Assembly: GCA_964476045.1 (NCBI GenBank)
Contig: CAYYYJ010000002.1
Location: 1-58,939, forward strand
Direction: 5' to 3'
DNA: 58,939 bases
Origin: an uncultured archaeon
Lineage (GTDB): Archaea; Aenigmatarchaeota; Aenigmatarchaeia; QMZP01; JACQNV01
This document shows positions 8,883-18,727 of the stretch, in pieces (the stretch's first letter is position 1; each line of letters opens with the position of its first letter). The notes under the pieces were generated by a model that was not told where the DNA came from, did not search any database, and saw only the letters and a program-made list of their open reading frames with translations. The translations under genes and the position numbers were made by a program.

Positions 8883-9463
8883 AGTATCTTCAAATCCTTT
8901 ACCTCTTTAACATCCCTCCCAACAATCAGTGTTCTTATGTCAGCTGCTTTTCCTGCATCGACATCGACTTGCGTATCCCCCACGAAAACAGATTTAGATT
9001 TTTCACAGTTAAGTATCTCGAGTATCTTTAGTATGCCTGCTGGCCCAGGCTTTGGGCCAAACTCATCCCCGATCACATAATCAAAGAATTTGTAGATGTC
9101 CAGTTTTTTAAGGACCTTCTCAATGAAATCTTTATTATTGTTTGAAACAACTCCGAGGCGTATCCCCCTACTTTTCAATCCATTTAAAACCAATTCAACC
9201 CCATCAAAAATAACGATCTTATCCAAATTTTCTAAAAGAAGCCTATCTTTCCATTTTATTATTTTTTCTTCGTCTTGTTCCGAAATTTTAAAGTCTTTAC
9301 AAACGTCCCTAATATCCCGGCCCCAAAGGGTTTTGTTCCACTTCTCCCTGTCTGGTATTTCGAACCCATACCCACCAAAAATAGTTCTGTGGATATGATG
9401 CCACGCTTCCCTGGAGTCGACTAAAACACCGTCCAGGTCGAAAATCACTGCTTGAATGTCCAT
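8879..9463 (-). CDS. HAD-superfamily phosphatase (beta-PGM/PGP-like)
   Basis: MDIQAVIFDLDGVLVDS motif I, VVSNN, K...FVGDTQVDVDAG; internal Met start chosen to avoid overlap with rfcS. Confidence 0.8.
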   Translation of the reverse strand: MDIQAVIFDLDGVLVDSREAWHHIHRTIFGGYGFEIPDREKWNKTLWGRDIRDVCKDFKISEQDEEKIIKWKDRLLLENLDKIVIFDGVELVLNGLKSRGIRLGVVSNNNKDFIEKVLKKLDIYKFFDYVIGDEFGPKPGPAGILKILEILNCEKSKSVFVGDTQVDVDAGKAADIRTLIVGRDVKEVKDLKIL

Positions 9464-9528
9464 ACCGAGTATTAGTTCCTGTATATTAAATGATAACAAT
9501 AAATAATCTACAATCAAATCCCCATCTT

Positions 9529-10479
9529 ATGGTAAATCTTGAAATTTGGACAGAGAAATATCGGCCAAAAAATTTAGACGAAGTCATAGGCCAGAAGCAT
9601 GTTGTTGACCGCCTCAAAGTCTGGGCAAAGGAAAAGAGCATACCAAACATGATGTTTGCAGGGTCAGCTGGTGTCGGGAAGACAACGACAGCTCTTGCCC
9701 TCGCAAAAGAAATCTTCGGCCAGCACTGGAAAGAAAACTTCAGCGAGACCAACGCATCAGATGAAAGAGGTATAGACGTCGTGAGAGGAAAAATAAAAGA
9801 CTTCGCAAAAATCATGCCTTTCGGGGCTTCTTTCAAAATAGTTTTTCTCGACGAGGCAGACGCTTTAACAACAGAAGCGCAGCAAGCCCTAAGAAGGACA
9901 ATAGAAAAATATTCCAATGTCTGCAGGTTTGTCTTATCATGCAATTATTCGTCAAAAATAATCGAGCCGATACAGTCGAGATGCGTGGTCTTCAGGTTCA
10001 AATCCCTTACGAAAGAGCAGATAGATGATTACATAAATAGGATTGTGAAAGCGGAGAATTTACAAATAGACAAAGATGCGATGAACGCTATCTACGAATT
10101 ATCTGAAGGCGATCTTAGAAAAGTTGCGAATATCCTGCAAGCCTGCTCAAGCCACAAAAACATAACAAAAGAAATTATTTACGAAATCACAGCACAAGTA
10201 AAACCAGAAGATGTGAAAAAGATGCTTGCCGCTGTTTTGTCAGGAAATTTCGAGGAGGCCAGGAAGCAGTTGTATAATCTAACCACATCTCAAGGGATTG
10301 CCGGGGAGGAAATAATCGAGACCATTCACAAAGAATTGTTTAGTCTCCCTATAGACGAAAAAGCCAAACTCGAACTTTTAGAAAAAATAGGCGAATACGA
10401 ATTCAGATTGAACCAAGGCTCTACGCCTGAGATACAGCTTCTTGCGCTGCTTGCGCAGTTTTTGAAATACAGGAAATAG
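9529..10479 (+). CDS. rfcS: replication factor C small subunit
   Basis: WTEKYRPKNLDEVIGQ, GSAGVGKTT, FLDEADALT, IQSRCVVFRF (SRC motif). Confidence 0.9.
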   Translation: MVNLEIWTEKYRPKNLDEVIGQKHVVDRLKVWAKEKSIPNMMFAGSAGVGKTTTALALAKEIFGQHWKENFSETNASDERGIDVVRGKIKDFAKIMPFGASFKIVFLDEADALTTEAQQALRRTIEKYSNVCRFVLSCNYSSKIIEPIQSRCVVFRFKSLTKEQIDDYINRIVKAENLQIDKDAMNAIYELSEGDLRKVANILQACSSHKNITKEIIYEITAQVKPEDVKKMLAAVLSGNFEEARKQLYNLTTSQGIAGEEIIETIHKELFSLPIDEKAKLELLEKIGEYEFRLNQGSTPEIQLLALLAQFLKYRK

Positions 10480-10513
10480 CATTCTTATAATATTATCTCA
10501 CCAAATATAGAAA

Positions 10514-10942
10514 ATGGCAAGGCGGATTCTGGGTTATACAAGGGCTGAGAGGACTGCTTCAGGAAGGCTCTTAATCAATTCTGCTGAGCATGACCTTTAT
10601 CCAACTCTAGATAAACTGCACGAAGAATGGGAGGGAAACAGACTTAATGCTCTCAGGGAATCTGTAGGCAACAGAGTTGGAGAACCGCACGCAGATTATA
10701 TGGTGGAGATGGAAGATGGTAAGATGAGGTTTATCCGCCTTGAACCTGTATCGGATAAAATTTATCCTGTTAAAGGATCCCTAATAGATTACATAGGCGG
10801 ACCAATCAGAAGGTTTGTTGGGAGGGGGTATTCTGCAGTTGCCCCTTACATAAGCTTTTTTATGGGCATTTTTACAGCAGACGATGAGCAAAGAAAAAGT
10901 TCTATGGCCGAGTTCAGGAAACACTTAGACAACCGTTCCTGA
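10514..10942 (+). CDS. hypothetical protein
   Basis: 142 aa ORF, no motif recognised. Confidence 0.45.
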   Translation: MARRILGYTRAERTASGRLLINSAEHDLYPTLDKLHEEWEGNRLNALRESVGNRVGEPHADYMVEMEDGKMRFIRLEPVSDKIYPVKGSLIDYIGGPIRRFVGRGYSAVAPYISFFMGIFTADDEQRKSSMAEFRKHLDNRS

Positions 10943-11302
10943 CAAAAATGTTGTCCTCGCTTTTTTAGTGAGCTTAACAAGATTCTCAGTCTCTATAACT
11001 TTTATAATATTCAAATAAGGCGACAACTCTCTGCTTATTTTGCTGTGCTCTTTTTCGCCTTTCTTGATTAGTTTCAAAATTTTATTTTCATAAGAAAGAT
11101 GGCCTGATTTTTCCAGATCCTCCAAGTTCCTATAAAGCGCGCGCTCGCCTTTTTCTGTTAGACCCCCTTTCCTCACAATTTCTATAAAAGCGGATTTGGA
11201 AACAGAAACCTGCAAAATCCTTTCTTTCAGCCTTTTATTTGACTCCTCATACAATTTCCCCAGGACAAAAAGGATGAACTTCTGCTTTTCTGACAGCTTC
11301 AT
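10925..11302 (-). CDS. hypothetical protein, possibly winged-helix DNA-binding
   Basis: 125 aa basic ORF; helix-turn-helix-like middle region. Confidence 0.4.
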   Translation of the reverse strand: MKLSEKQKFILFVLGKLYEESNKRLKERILQVSVSKSAFIEIVRKGGLTEKGERALYRNLEDLEKSGHLSYENKILKLIKKGEKEHSKISRELSPYLNIIKVIETENLVKLTKKARTTFLSGTVV

Positions 11303-11429
11303 GTTATAGGATTGGACTCATTATTTAAAAAACAGTTGATTAAACATCCAAGGCTGCATAGAGTGGATAGGCAGGATTCAACACCAGAGACTGCGTAAAG
11401 TTTACCAACAGAACTCAAGACAATAGTTA

Positions 11430-11502
11430 TAGCCCCGCGCGGATTCGAACCGCGGTCCACCGGTCCAGAGCCGATTATACTTGGCCACTATACGACGGGG
11501 CT
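11430..11502 (-). tRNA. tRNA-Gln(CUG), intron-less
   Basis: Sense AGCCCCG...ATCGG-CTCTGGA-CCGGT-GGAC-CGCGG-TTCGAAT-CCGCG-CGGGGCT-A. Confidence 0.85.
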
Positions 11503-11572
11503 ATTTTTGTATTCTAATCTTAGTCTGAAGGTTATTAAATGTTAAATATCTAATTACTATGATTGATAAGAT

Positions 11573-13297
11573 ATGAAAATACTTTTGCTTCACTGTGATT
11601 GGGTAGAGTGGGAGCCAACCAAGAAAGCGGTCAAATCCGCAGAGGAGCCTGTAGAGATGAAGCTCACGCGCGCTGAAGACTGCCTCATTGTATTTACTTC
11701 TGTTGAGAAAGCTGACGAAAAAGATCCAGAAAAGATTGTCCAAGAATATGTGAAAAACGTGAAAGACGTCGCAGCCCAAGTCAAAGCCAAAAATATAGTT
11801 GTATACCCTTATGCGCATCTAAGCAATACCCTTTCCTCGCCTGATGTTGCATTGACGGTGTTAAAAAATTGTGAAGCCCAGATGAAAAAAGAAGGCTTCC
11901 AAGTATGGCGCGCTCCTTTCGGCTGGTACAAGAAATTCTCTTTCAAGACTAAAGGTCATCCGCTATCTGAATTGGCTAGAGAATTGAGTGTTGATGGAAA
12001 AGATTCTAAAATTGCTGTTAAAAAAGAAGTGAAGGAACAGCAAACAGGAAAAATAATCCTTGACAGGAGAAATCTCCCTCCGAATGACCACAGAATTCTT
12101 GGGCAGGATTTAAAACTTTTCCATCTGGCTGATGAAGTCGGTCCAGGCCTTCCTTTATGGATGCCGAATGGCGAGATGCTCAGACATATACTGATGGATT
12201 ACATGAGAAAAATCGAAGAGAAATATGGATACAAATATGTCGCCACATCCCATATAGCAAGGGGCTCCATATACCACGCCACAGGACACCTCCCGTATTA
12301 CAAGGATTCGATGTATCCACCAATAGACATTGACGGATCGGAATATTATCTAAAACCGATGAATTGTCCGCACCACCACATGATTTTCAAGCAGCTCGTG
12401 CAGAGCTACAAAGAATTACCTCTCAGGCTCGCTGAAGCTGGGACAGTTTACAGGAACGAATTATCTGGTGTAACTTATGGACTAGTTAGAGTGAGGGGGT
12501 TGACACAGAACGATGCTCATATCTATGTCAGGCCAGACCAGCTGAAAGAAGAGTTCATCAAAGTCCTAAAATTATTTAAAGAGGTGTATGACACAACAGG
12601 AATCAAGGGTTATTGGTTCAGGCTTTCTTTGCCAGATTTCAAGAAAAATCCTGACAAATTCACAGGCGACCCAAAAGAATGGGAGCACGCCTCCGAGGAA
12701 ATTAGAAAAGCAATGAAAGAGTTTGGGGAAAAGTTTGTGGAAGAAACAGGCGAAGCTTCATTTTACGGGCCAAAGATAGATGTGCAGATAAAGAATTCCC
12801 AGGGAAAAGAAGAGAGCATTGCGACTTCTCAGGTGGATATTGTTGTGCCGAAGAGGCTTGGGCTGACTTATACTGCCGAGAACAATGAAAAAGTAAATAG
12901 CCTCATTGTAATTCACAGGGCAATACTCGGAAGCTACGAAAGATTTATTGCCTATCTTCTGGAACAGACAGAAGGAAAGCTTCCCCTCTGGTTGTCGCCA
13001 GTTCAAGTAAAAGTTTTATCTTTCACTGACAGGAATGTAAAAGCTGTTGAAAAGCTGGTTTCAGAGCTTCTAGAAAATGGAATAAGAGCAGAAGCTGACC
13101 TGAAAGATCATACAGTAGAGCACAAGGTAAGGGATGCTGAACTTCAAAAAATCCCCTATATTTTAGTGATCGGCGATAAAGAAGAAGAGAAGGGGACTCT
13201 AGCTGTTAGGACCCGCGGATCCAAAAAAGTTGAGTTTGGCGTGAAGAAAGACGAATTTATCAAAAAGCTCGAGAAAGAAGTTGAAGGGAAGAAGTAG
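11573..13297 (+). CDS. thrS: threonyl-tRNA synthetase with archaeal-type N-terminal editing domain
   Basis: 574 aa; class II motifs (YLKPMNCPHH, FRNELSG, GLTQNDAH), C-terminal anticodon-binding domain. Confidence 0.95.
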   Translation: MKILLLHCDWVEWEPTKKAVKSAEEPVEMKLTRAEDCLIVFTSVEKADEKDPEKIVQEYVKNVKDVAAQVKAKNIVVYPYAHLSNTLSSPDVALTVLKNCEAQMKKEGFQVWRAPFGWYKKFSFKTKGHPLSELARELSVDGKDSKIAVKKEVKEQQTGKIILDRRNLPPNDHRILGQDLKLFHLADEVGPGLPLWMPNGEMLRHILMDYMRKIEEKYGYKYVATSHIARGSIYHATGHLPYYKDSMYPPIDIDGSEYYLKPMNCPHHHMIFKQLVQSYKELPLRLAEAGTVYRNELSGVTYGLVRVRGLTQNDAHIYVRPDQLKEEFIKVLKLFKEVYDTTGIKGYWFRLSLPDFKKNPDKFTGDPKEWEHASEEIRKAMKEFGEKFVEETGEASFYGPKIDVQIKNSQGKEESIATSQVDIVVPKRLGLTYTAENNEKVNSLIVIHRAILGSYERFIAYLLEQTEGKLPLWLSPVQVKVLSFTDRNVKAVEKLVSELLENGIRAEADLKDHTVEHKVRDAELQKIPYILVIGDKEEEKGTLAVRTRGSKKVEFGVKKDEFIKKLEKEVEGKK

Positions 13298-13342
13298 CTG
13301 GTTTTGTTGTCTGAGCATTGATACACTCAAAATTTCCGAGAA

Positions 13343-13891
13343 TCAATCAATAAAAAATCTTTTAGTTGGTTTTATTATAAGGGTTTCTGGGTTCTCTATA
13401 GCCAAGTATTTTCTATCTGCCCTTTCCCAATATCTCGCTGCAAGGGTTATCTCTAAACTCAAATTAACCACATCAGCAACTTTAATGTCTGGAACAATAT
13501 GCCTTAAAAATTTTAAAAGCCTCTCCATATCTCCCTGAGTTTCGTCAGGCACGCATATTTCTATTTCTGGATAGCTTCTTTCAGGTTCTTTTCCTGAAAC
13601 CTCTTTGAACATTAGAGGCACAGCTTCTAGACTCACAATAATTTTTCCGTCTATTTCCCTCTTGTTGCATGGGGTCAGAGGATAAATTTTTAGAAGTTCT
13701 GCTACTTCATTCGCTGGATTGAAAACTACAGGGGATCCCCGATAATCTGAGAGACCATCCACAACAAAACCAGTATACCTTACAGCTCTGCAAAGTCCTC
13801 TAGATATCCTGTCGCTTTCAGGTTCTAAAATTGGTTTGTACCCAATCAATTCTGCCCTAAGCACTTGCTTATCCCTAAGTTTTACTAACAT
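13343..13891 (-). CDS. hypothetical protein
   Basis: 182 aa ORF, family not recognised. Confidence 0.45.
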   Translation of the reverse strand: MLVKLRDKQVLRAELIGYKPILEPESDRISRGLCRAVRYTGFVVDGLSDYRGSPVVFNPANEVAELLKIYPLTPCNKREIDGKIIVSLEAVPLMFKEVSGKEPERSYPEIEICVPDETQGDMERLLKFLRHIVPDIKVADVVNLSLEITLAARYWERADRKYLAIENPETLIIKPTKRFFID

Positions 13892-13920
13892 CTTAATTAT
13901 TGTAGAAATAGTTTTTATTC

Positions 13921-14277
13921 TTAACGGATCACTGTGGCCTTAGCGTCGATTACTCCTCCAGCATTCACCATATCAAGAAGATCAAACTCAGTCAAAACCT
14001 GTGTTCCACTATTATAGGGACCTATACCTTTTCCATGGCTCGCAAGTCTGTAAGCTTCCCTTGTTAAATCTAGTCTAGTCTCGTGATTGGATGCGTATCG
14101 CCTCAATTCCACAATGGCATCTAATTTTCTCCCTATTCTTGTTAAAGGGTCTGGGGTTTGGGCATCTATGATAAAATAAATCCCTATTCTAGCTCTTCTA
14201 ATTTCACGTGGAGTAATCCTGAATGGCAATAAGTCTCCTCTATCAGTCTGCGTTTGGTAACCAGTATGGTTTGTCAT
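13921..14277 (-). CDS. hypothetical protein
   Basis: 118 aa ORF, family not recognised. Confidence 0.45.
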   Translation of the reverse strand: MTNHTGYQTQTDRGDLLPFRITPREIRRARIGIYFIIDAQTPDPLTRIGRKLDAIVELRRYASNHETRLDLTREAYRLASHGKGIGPYNSGTQVLTEFDLLDMVNAGGVIDAKATVIR

Positions 14278-14305
14278 AAATCACAATATATGGCTTGTAG
14301 TATAT

Positions 14306-15745
14306 TTAAACCTTCCGTATCTCCGCAATGTTCCTCTGTCCGCCGCTGGATGAAGGCAAATTAGCTGTGATAACAATATTGTCGCCTTTTTTGATTTTCT
14401 GCTTGTTTTCCAAAAAGCAAACGCCTTTTTCAATGATCTCATTCACATTGCCAACTATCGGAACTTTGTAAGCGAAGATGCCCCAGAATAAAGAAAGAAA
14501 TTTGCAGACCTCTGGTTTTGGTGTGAGAACATAAATCGGGGACTGGACTCTGTACCTTGAAAGCATTTTGGCTGCATCGCCCCTGTTAGTGAGGGATAAT
14601 ATTGCATCGGCTTTGATGGAATCTGCTGACATTGCAACTGCCTTTCCTACAATAGAATAAATGTCATCTTTTTTTATTTCATACCTGTTAATCTTGTTTC
14701 TCACTTCTTTTTCAATAGAAACAGCTATTTTATTCATCATCGAGACTGTCTCAACTGGATATTTCCCGTTTGCAGTTTCCCCAGAAAGCATAACACAGTC
14801 AGCGCCCATGTAAATTGCATTTGCAACGTCTGTCACCTCAGCTCGTGTAGGCCTCGGGTTTTCAATCATGGAATTCAGCATCTGGGTCGCCACAATCACA
14901 GGCTTTCCTGCCTGATTGCATTTTTTAACCATCTGGTATTGGAGTGTAGGCAGTGTTTCAAGAGGTACGTCCATTCCCAAATCCCCCCTCGCAACCATGA
15001 CAGCATCAGAAGACCCTATAATTTCGTCGATGTTGTTGAGCGCTTCCTGGCATTCTATTTTAGAGATTATCTGGGTCCCGTTGTTTTTCAGATAATCTTT
15101 CAGCTCCAGGACATCTTTTTTGGTTTTTACAAAAGAAGCTGCTATAAAATCCACATTGTTTTTTACGCTGTATTCTATGTCTTTCCAGTCTTTTTCAGTG
15201 AAAGTCGGGCCCTGATGGCCAGCCTGCGGGATGTTTACCCCTTTGTTGTGTTTTAGTATCCCGGAATTTTTGGCCACGCATTCAGCTGTTGTTTTATCTG
15301 ATTTCACTATTTCAAATTCAAGAAGCCCATCCTCAACCATTATGTTCCCGGCGCCTCGTTGGACACTGGTCAGCAGACCAGCGTCGTCCATTTTTGGGAA
15401 AGCCTGCACATTCACAAAAACAGTATAAGGCTTTTTATCTGCCTGAACTTCCTTTTCATCAAGAGAGAAAAATATTTTGTCGCCTGCCTTTATTTCCAGG
15501 TTTTGTTTTTCTGTGTCAACCCTTATCTCAGGACCCTTCAAGTCAGAAACAATGGTTATTGGCCTGTCCCTGGATTTATTTATTTCCTGCAAAATTTTGA
15601 TCCTGCCTCCTTTTTCTTCTGGTCCCCCATGCGAGAAATTCAGCCTTGCAACATCCATTCCTGCGGCTATCATGCTGGATATAGTCTCTTTTGTATCGCT
15701 GGCCGGCCCGAGCGTGCAGATTATCTTTGTTTTTCTTAGGGGCAT
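14306..15745 (-). CDS. pyk: pyruvate kinase
   Basis: KIICTLGPAS, NFSHG, MVARGDLG, ATQMLNSM motifs. Confidence 0.95.
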   Translation of the reverse strand: MPLRKTKIICTLGPASDTKETISSMIAAGMDVARLNFSHGGPEEKGGRIKILQEINKSRDRPITIVSDLKGPEIRVDTEKQNLEIKAGDKIFFSLDEKEVQADKKPYTVFVNVQAFPKMDDAGLLTSVQRGAGNIMVEDGLLEFEIVKSDKTTAECVAKNSGILKHNKGVNIPQAGHQGPTFTEKDWKDIEYSVKNNVDFIAASFVKTKKDVLELKDYLKNNGTQIISKIECQEALNNIDEIIGSSDAVMVARGDLGMDVPLETLPTLQYQMVKKCNQAGKPVIVATQMLNSMIENPRPTRAEVTDVANAIYMGADCVMLSGETANGKYPVETVSMMNKIAVSIEKEVRNKINRYEIKKDDIYSIVGKAVAMSADSIKADAILSLTNRGDAAKMLSRYRVQSPIYVLTPKPEVCKFLSLFWGIFAYKVPIVGNVNEIIEKGVCFLENKQKIKKGDNIVITANLPSSSGGQRNIAEIRKV

Positions 15746-15788
15746 ATCGCAAGATTAGGTAATGTATGTTTAAATTCTAGAACCTCAG

Positions 15789-16277
15789 CTAATCTTCTCT
15801 ACAAGCTTCGCACAAAATCCCATAAGTCGATTTGTTCAGGTTTTCAGAGTATTCCTCGCATTGATCGCAAAGGCCCGGGACAGAGTATTTATTCTGATTT
15901 TCTGTTATAGGAACGCTATCTGCTTTTATGTGTTCTGTCCCTTCAAACGGATAGAAGAAAAATATCTTGCTAAAGTTTCTGGCCATGTCAGCATTCTGCG
16001 GATTTATCCAGTGATAAACTTCATGCGTGTAGCAGTAAGGGCAAAGCGGGCTCTCGTTGAATTTTCCGCAGTCAAGGCACGGTTCGAAGTTGTCTGGGAT
16101 TGCTGTATTAAAATGGTTTTTCAGGTATTCGTGGAATTTTGTGAACTGTTGTGAGTATTTTGGCGGCAACCATTTTTGCACATTACTTCCGATGCAATCC
16201 ACGCATAAAAAATTCCATATTGGTTCTCTGCACAATTGGCAGATTATGGATTCCTGGCTATTTTCTAAAAACTTCAT
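15789..16277 (-). CDS. Cys-rich (multiple CxxC) zinc-finger protein
   Basis: 162 aa with at least 6 CxxC pairs. Confidence 0.5.
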   Translation of the reverse strand: MKFLENSQESIICQLCREPIWNFLCVDCIGSNVQKWLPPKYSQQFTKFHEYLKNHFNTAIPDNFEPCLDCGKFNESPLCPYCYTHEVYHWINPQNADMARNFSKIFFFYPFEGTEHIKADSVPITENQNKYSVPGLCDQCEEYSENLNKSTYGILCEACRED

Positions 16278-16307
16278 AACACCCCCTAATTTAAACTACT
16301 TCTCGTC

Positions 16308-16371
16308 TTTCTAAAGAAGGCTGGAAATTGATTGAGAAAAAATATAAAAAATCAATTTCGTCCCTTTAAAA
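16308..16371 (+). repeat. palindromic element copy A
   Basis: CTTTCTAAAGAAGGCTGGAAATTGATT[loop]AATCAATTTCGTCCCTTTAAA. Confidence 0.8.
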
Positions 16372-16574
16372 CTAACTACTAGAGAATTCTCGCACTCCTT
16401 ATAAAGGAGTTTTGCCAACTCTGTACCAAATTGAAAAATCAAAATTCCCTGATCAAGGTTTTCTAAAAAAGAAAGGCTGGAAGAAGTAATCTTAACTATT
16501 TTTCGTTCAGCCAGAAAGTCGTCAATAGCCGAACACGCTTTAACACTTAAAAAGGCGGATATTTTATATATGTA

Positions 16575-18725
16575 ATGGTTACTATGGATATTGTCGGTTT
16601 AGAAAGCGCATCTGGATTTTCAGGTACAAAGCTCCAGGACTTTGTGCAAGCTGCATACTTTGTTTTAAAAAAATATAATAGAGAAAACCCTAAAGAGCAG
16701 GAATTGATCTGGCAAGATCTCTGCAAAAATCTTTTTGCTCTAAAAGAATTTTCTGACCTAAAATTTGAAGCACAGAAGCTGCTTTTCGATTTTGTTTATG
16801 GAAAGAGGCTGACTCAGGACGGACCGCCACCAGCATGGTTCCCCTCAAAAGAAAATTTAGAAAAATCAAATCTAGCTGTTGTAATGAAGGATCTGGATTT
16901 TAAAATGGCTGGAAACCGATCGAAGATGATTGAGATTGATCCTTCGCAATTGATCCGAGATCAATCTCGTCCCTTTAGGGAGTTCCACAAATGGTCTGTA
17001 GAAAACACCGACGACTTTTGGAGTCTAGTGACAAAAAGGCTTGGAATTGTATTTAAGAAGAGTTCTCAGAGGATATCAGACCTTTCTAACGGTGCAGAAA
17101 AGCCTGTTTGGTTCCCTGGTTCTGAGATAAATATTGTTGATAGCTGTTTTAATGCCGATAAAGGAAAAATTGCTGTCTATTTTTCTAGAGAAGGCTCAGG
17201 CAAAATTCAGAGCTGGACTTATGGAGATCTAGAAAATCTCGTCAATCAAGTTGCAAATAGTTTGAAAGAAAAAGGATACGAGAATGGCGATGTTATCGCG
17301 ATCGATATGCAAATGACTCCTGAGAGTGTTGCTGTTTACCTTGGAGTAATCAAAGCCGGTTGCGTTGCTTTATCAATAGCAGATTGCTTTGCTCCGCCTG
17401 AGATTGAGAAAAGGTTGAAGATAGGGAATGCGAAATTAATTTTTACAGTGGACTATTACATGAGGGACGGGAAGAAAATCGAAATTTATAATAAAGTTAA
17501 GGAGGCTAATCCTCCGCCTATTATACTAATTCCTTATGACGAAACTTCACAGGAAAAATTAGATGTGCTGGACATCTACTGGAAAGATTTTCTTGTAGTG
17601 AAAGATGAATTTGAATCTGTAGCTTGCAGACCGCAAGAGCCCACAAATATTTTATTTTCCTCTGGGACAACAGGCGAACCTAAAGCTATTCCATGGGACC
17701 ACACAACTCCAATAAAAGCTGCATCAGACTCGTTTTTCCATCAGGATATACACCCAGATGATATTTTAGCATGGCCAACAAATCTCGGATGGATGATGGG
17801 TCCGTGGCTTATCTACGCAACTTTAGTCAACAAGGCTTCAATGGCTTTGTACACAGGATCTTATTCTGGAAAAGAGTTTGGGGAATTCGTGCAAAATACT
17901 GGAGTTACTATGTTAGGTGTGATCCCAAGCTTGGTAAACATATGGAAAACAAAAAAATGCATGGAAGACCTTGATTGGAGCAAAATAAAAAGATTTAGTT
18001 CTACAGGAGAATGCTCGAGAAAAGAAGATATGTTATATCTCATGTCACTAGCTGGCTACAAACCGATAATAGAATATTGCGGCGGGACAGAGATCGGCGG
18101 GGTTTACATAACAGGAACAATGATACAGCCTTGCTCACCGTCCACTTTCACAACAGCTGCAATGGGTGTCGATTTTTTGATTCTAGACGAGAGCGGAAAA
18201 AGAACAAAAAACGGCGAGGTATTTATTATCCCGCCTTCTATTGGGTTATCGACCCTGATCTTGAATAGGGACAATTTCCAGACATATTATGAGGGATGCC
18301 CAAAAGAAAATGGCTATCATCTAAGACGGCATGGAGACCAGGTAGAGGAATTGGCAAACAACTATTTTGTTGTCCATGGAAGGACAGATGATACGATGAA
18401 CTTGTCTGGTGTAAAGGTGAGCTCTGCTGAGATTGAGAGGACACTGCACGGACATCCCGGAATATCAGAAACAGCTGCCATAGGGATAATGCCTGCAGAC
18501 ACCCGAATAACACAGCTTATTGTTTATGCAGTGCCGTCTAACGGAAGTGTTTTGAATAAGGAAAAAATAAAATCAGATTTCCAGCAAGCAATAAAAACAA
18601 AACTAAATCCAATTTATAAAATACATGATGTGGTTATAACAAATTCTCTCCCAAGGACAGCTTCGAACAAGGTGATGAGAAGGCTGCTGAGAGACGAGTA
18701 CCAGAAAAATATCCAGGCCAGATAA
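16575..18725 (+). CDS. AMP-forming acyl-CoA synthetase (acetyl/acetoacetyl-CoA synthetase-like) carrying a 24-codon element-derived insert
   Basis: 716 aa; FSSGTTGEPK AMP-binding motif, WSVENTDDFW N-domain, C-terminal TASNKVMRRLLR. Confidence 0.85.
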   Translation: MVTMDIVGLESASGFSGTKLQDFVQAAYFVLKKYNRENPKEQELIWQDLCKNLFALKEFSDLKFEAQKLLFDFVYGKRLTQDGPPPAWFPSKENLEKSNLAVVMKDLDFKMAGNRSKMIEIDPSQLIRDQSRPFREFHKWSVENTDDFWSLVTKRLGIVFKKSSQRISDLSNGAEKPVWFPGSEINIVDSCFNADKGKIAVYFSREGSGKIQSWTYGDLENLVNQVANSLKEKGYENGDVIAIDMQMTPESVAVYLGVIKAGCVALSIADCFAPPEIEKRLKIGNAKLIFTVDYYMRDGKKIEIYNKVKEANPPPIILIPYDETSQEKLDVLDIYWKDFLVVKDEFESVACRPQEPTNILFSSGTTGEPKAIPWDHTTPIKAASDSFFHQDIHPDDILAWPTNLGWMMGPWLIYATLVNKASMALYTGSYSGKEFGEFVQNTGVTMLGVIPSLVNIWKTKKCMEDLDWSKIKRFSSTGECSRKEDMLYLMSLAGYKPIIEYCGGTEIGGVYITGTMIQPCSPSTFTTAAMGVDFLILDESGKRTKNGEVFIIPPSIGLSTLILNRDNFQTYYEGCPKENGYHLRRHGDQVEELANNYFVVHGRTDDTMNLSGVKVSSAEIERTLHGHPGISETAAIGIMPADTRITQLIVYAVPSNGSVLNKEKIKSDFQQAIKTKLNPIYKIHDVVITNSLPRTASNKVMRRLLRDEYQKNIQAR
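16905..16976 (+). repeat. palindromic element copy inserted in frame in the acyl-CoA synthetase ORF
   Basis: ATGGCTGGAAACCGATCGAAGATGATTGAGATTGATC[17 nt]GATCAATCTCGTCCCTTT; near-identical to 41503..41570. Confidence 0.8.
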
Positions 18726-18727
18726 AG

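Noticed and set aside
14306-15758. Multiple 60-126 aa ORFs antisense to or overlapping pyruvate kinase, and similar antisense ORFs within ThrRS, the acyl-CoA synthetase, DnaG, cca, FtsZ and others
   Set aside because: They lie wholly inside strongly supported genes, show low-complexity composition and carry no motifs. They are treated as spurious frame shadows.
16575-16904. Idea that the acyl-CoA synthetase ORF is really two genes, with the element acting as an intergenic leader before the true start
   Set aside because: The N-terminal part contains PAWFPSKENLEKSNLAVVMKDL, which matches the N-terminal extension of acetoacetyl-CoA-synthetase-like enzymes. The frame is continuous through the element.
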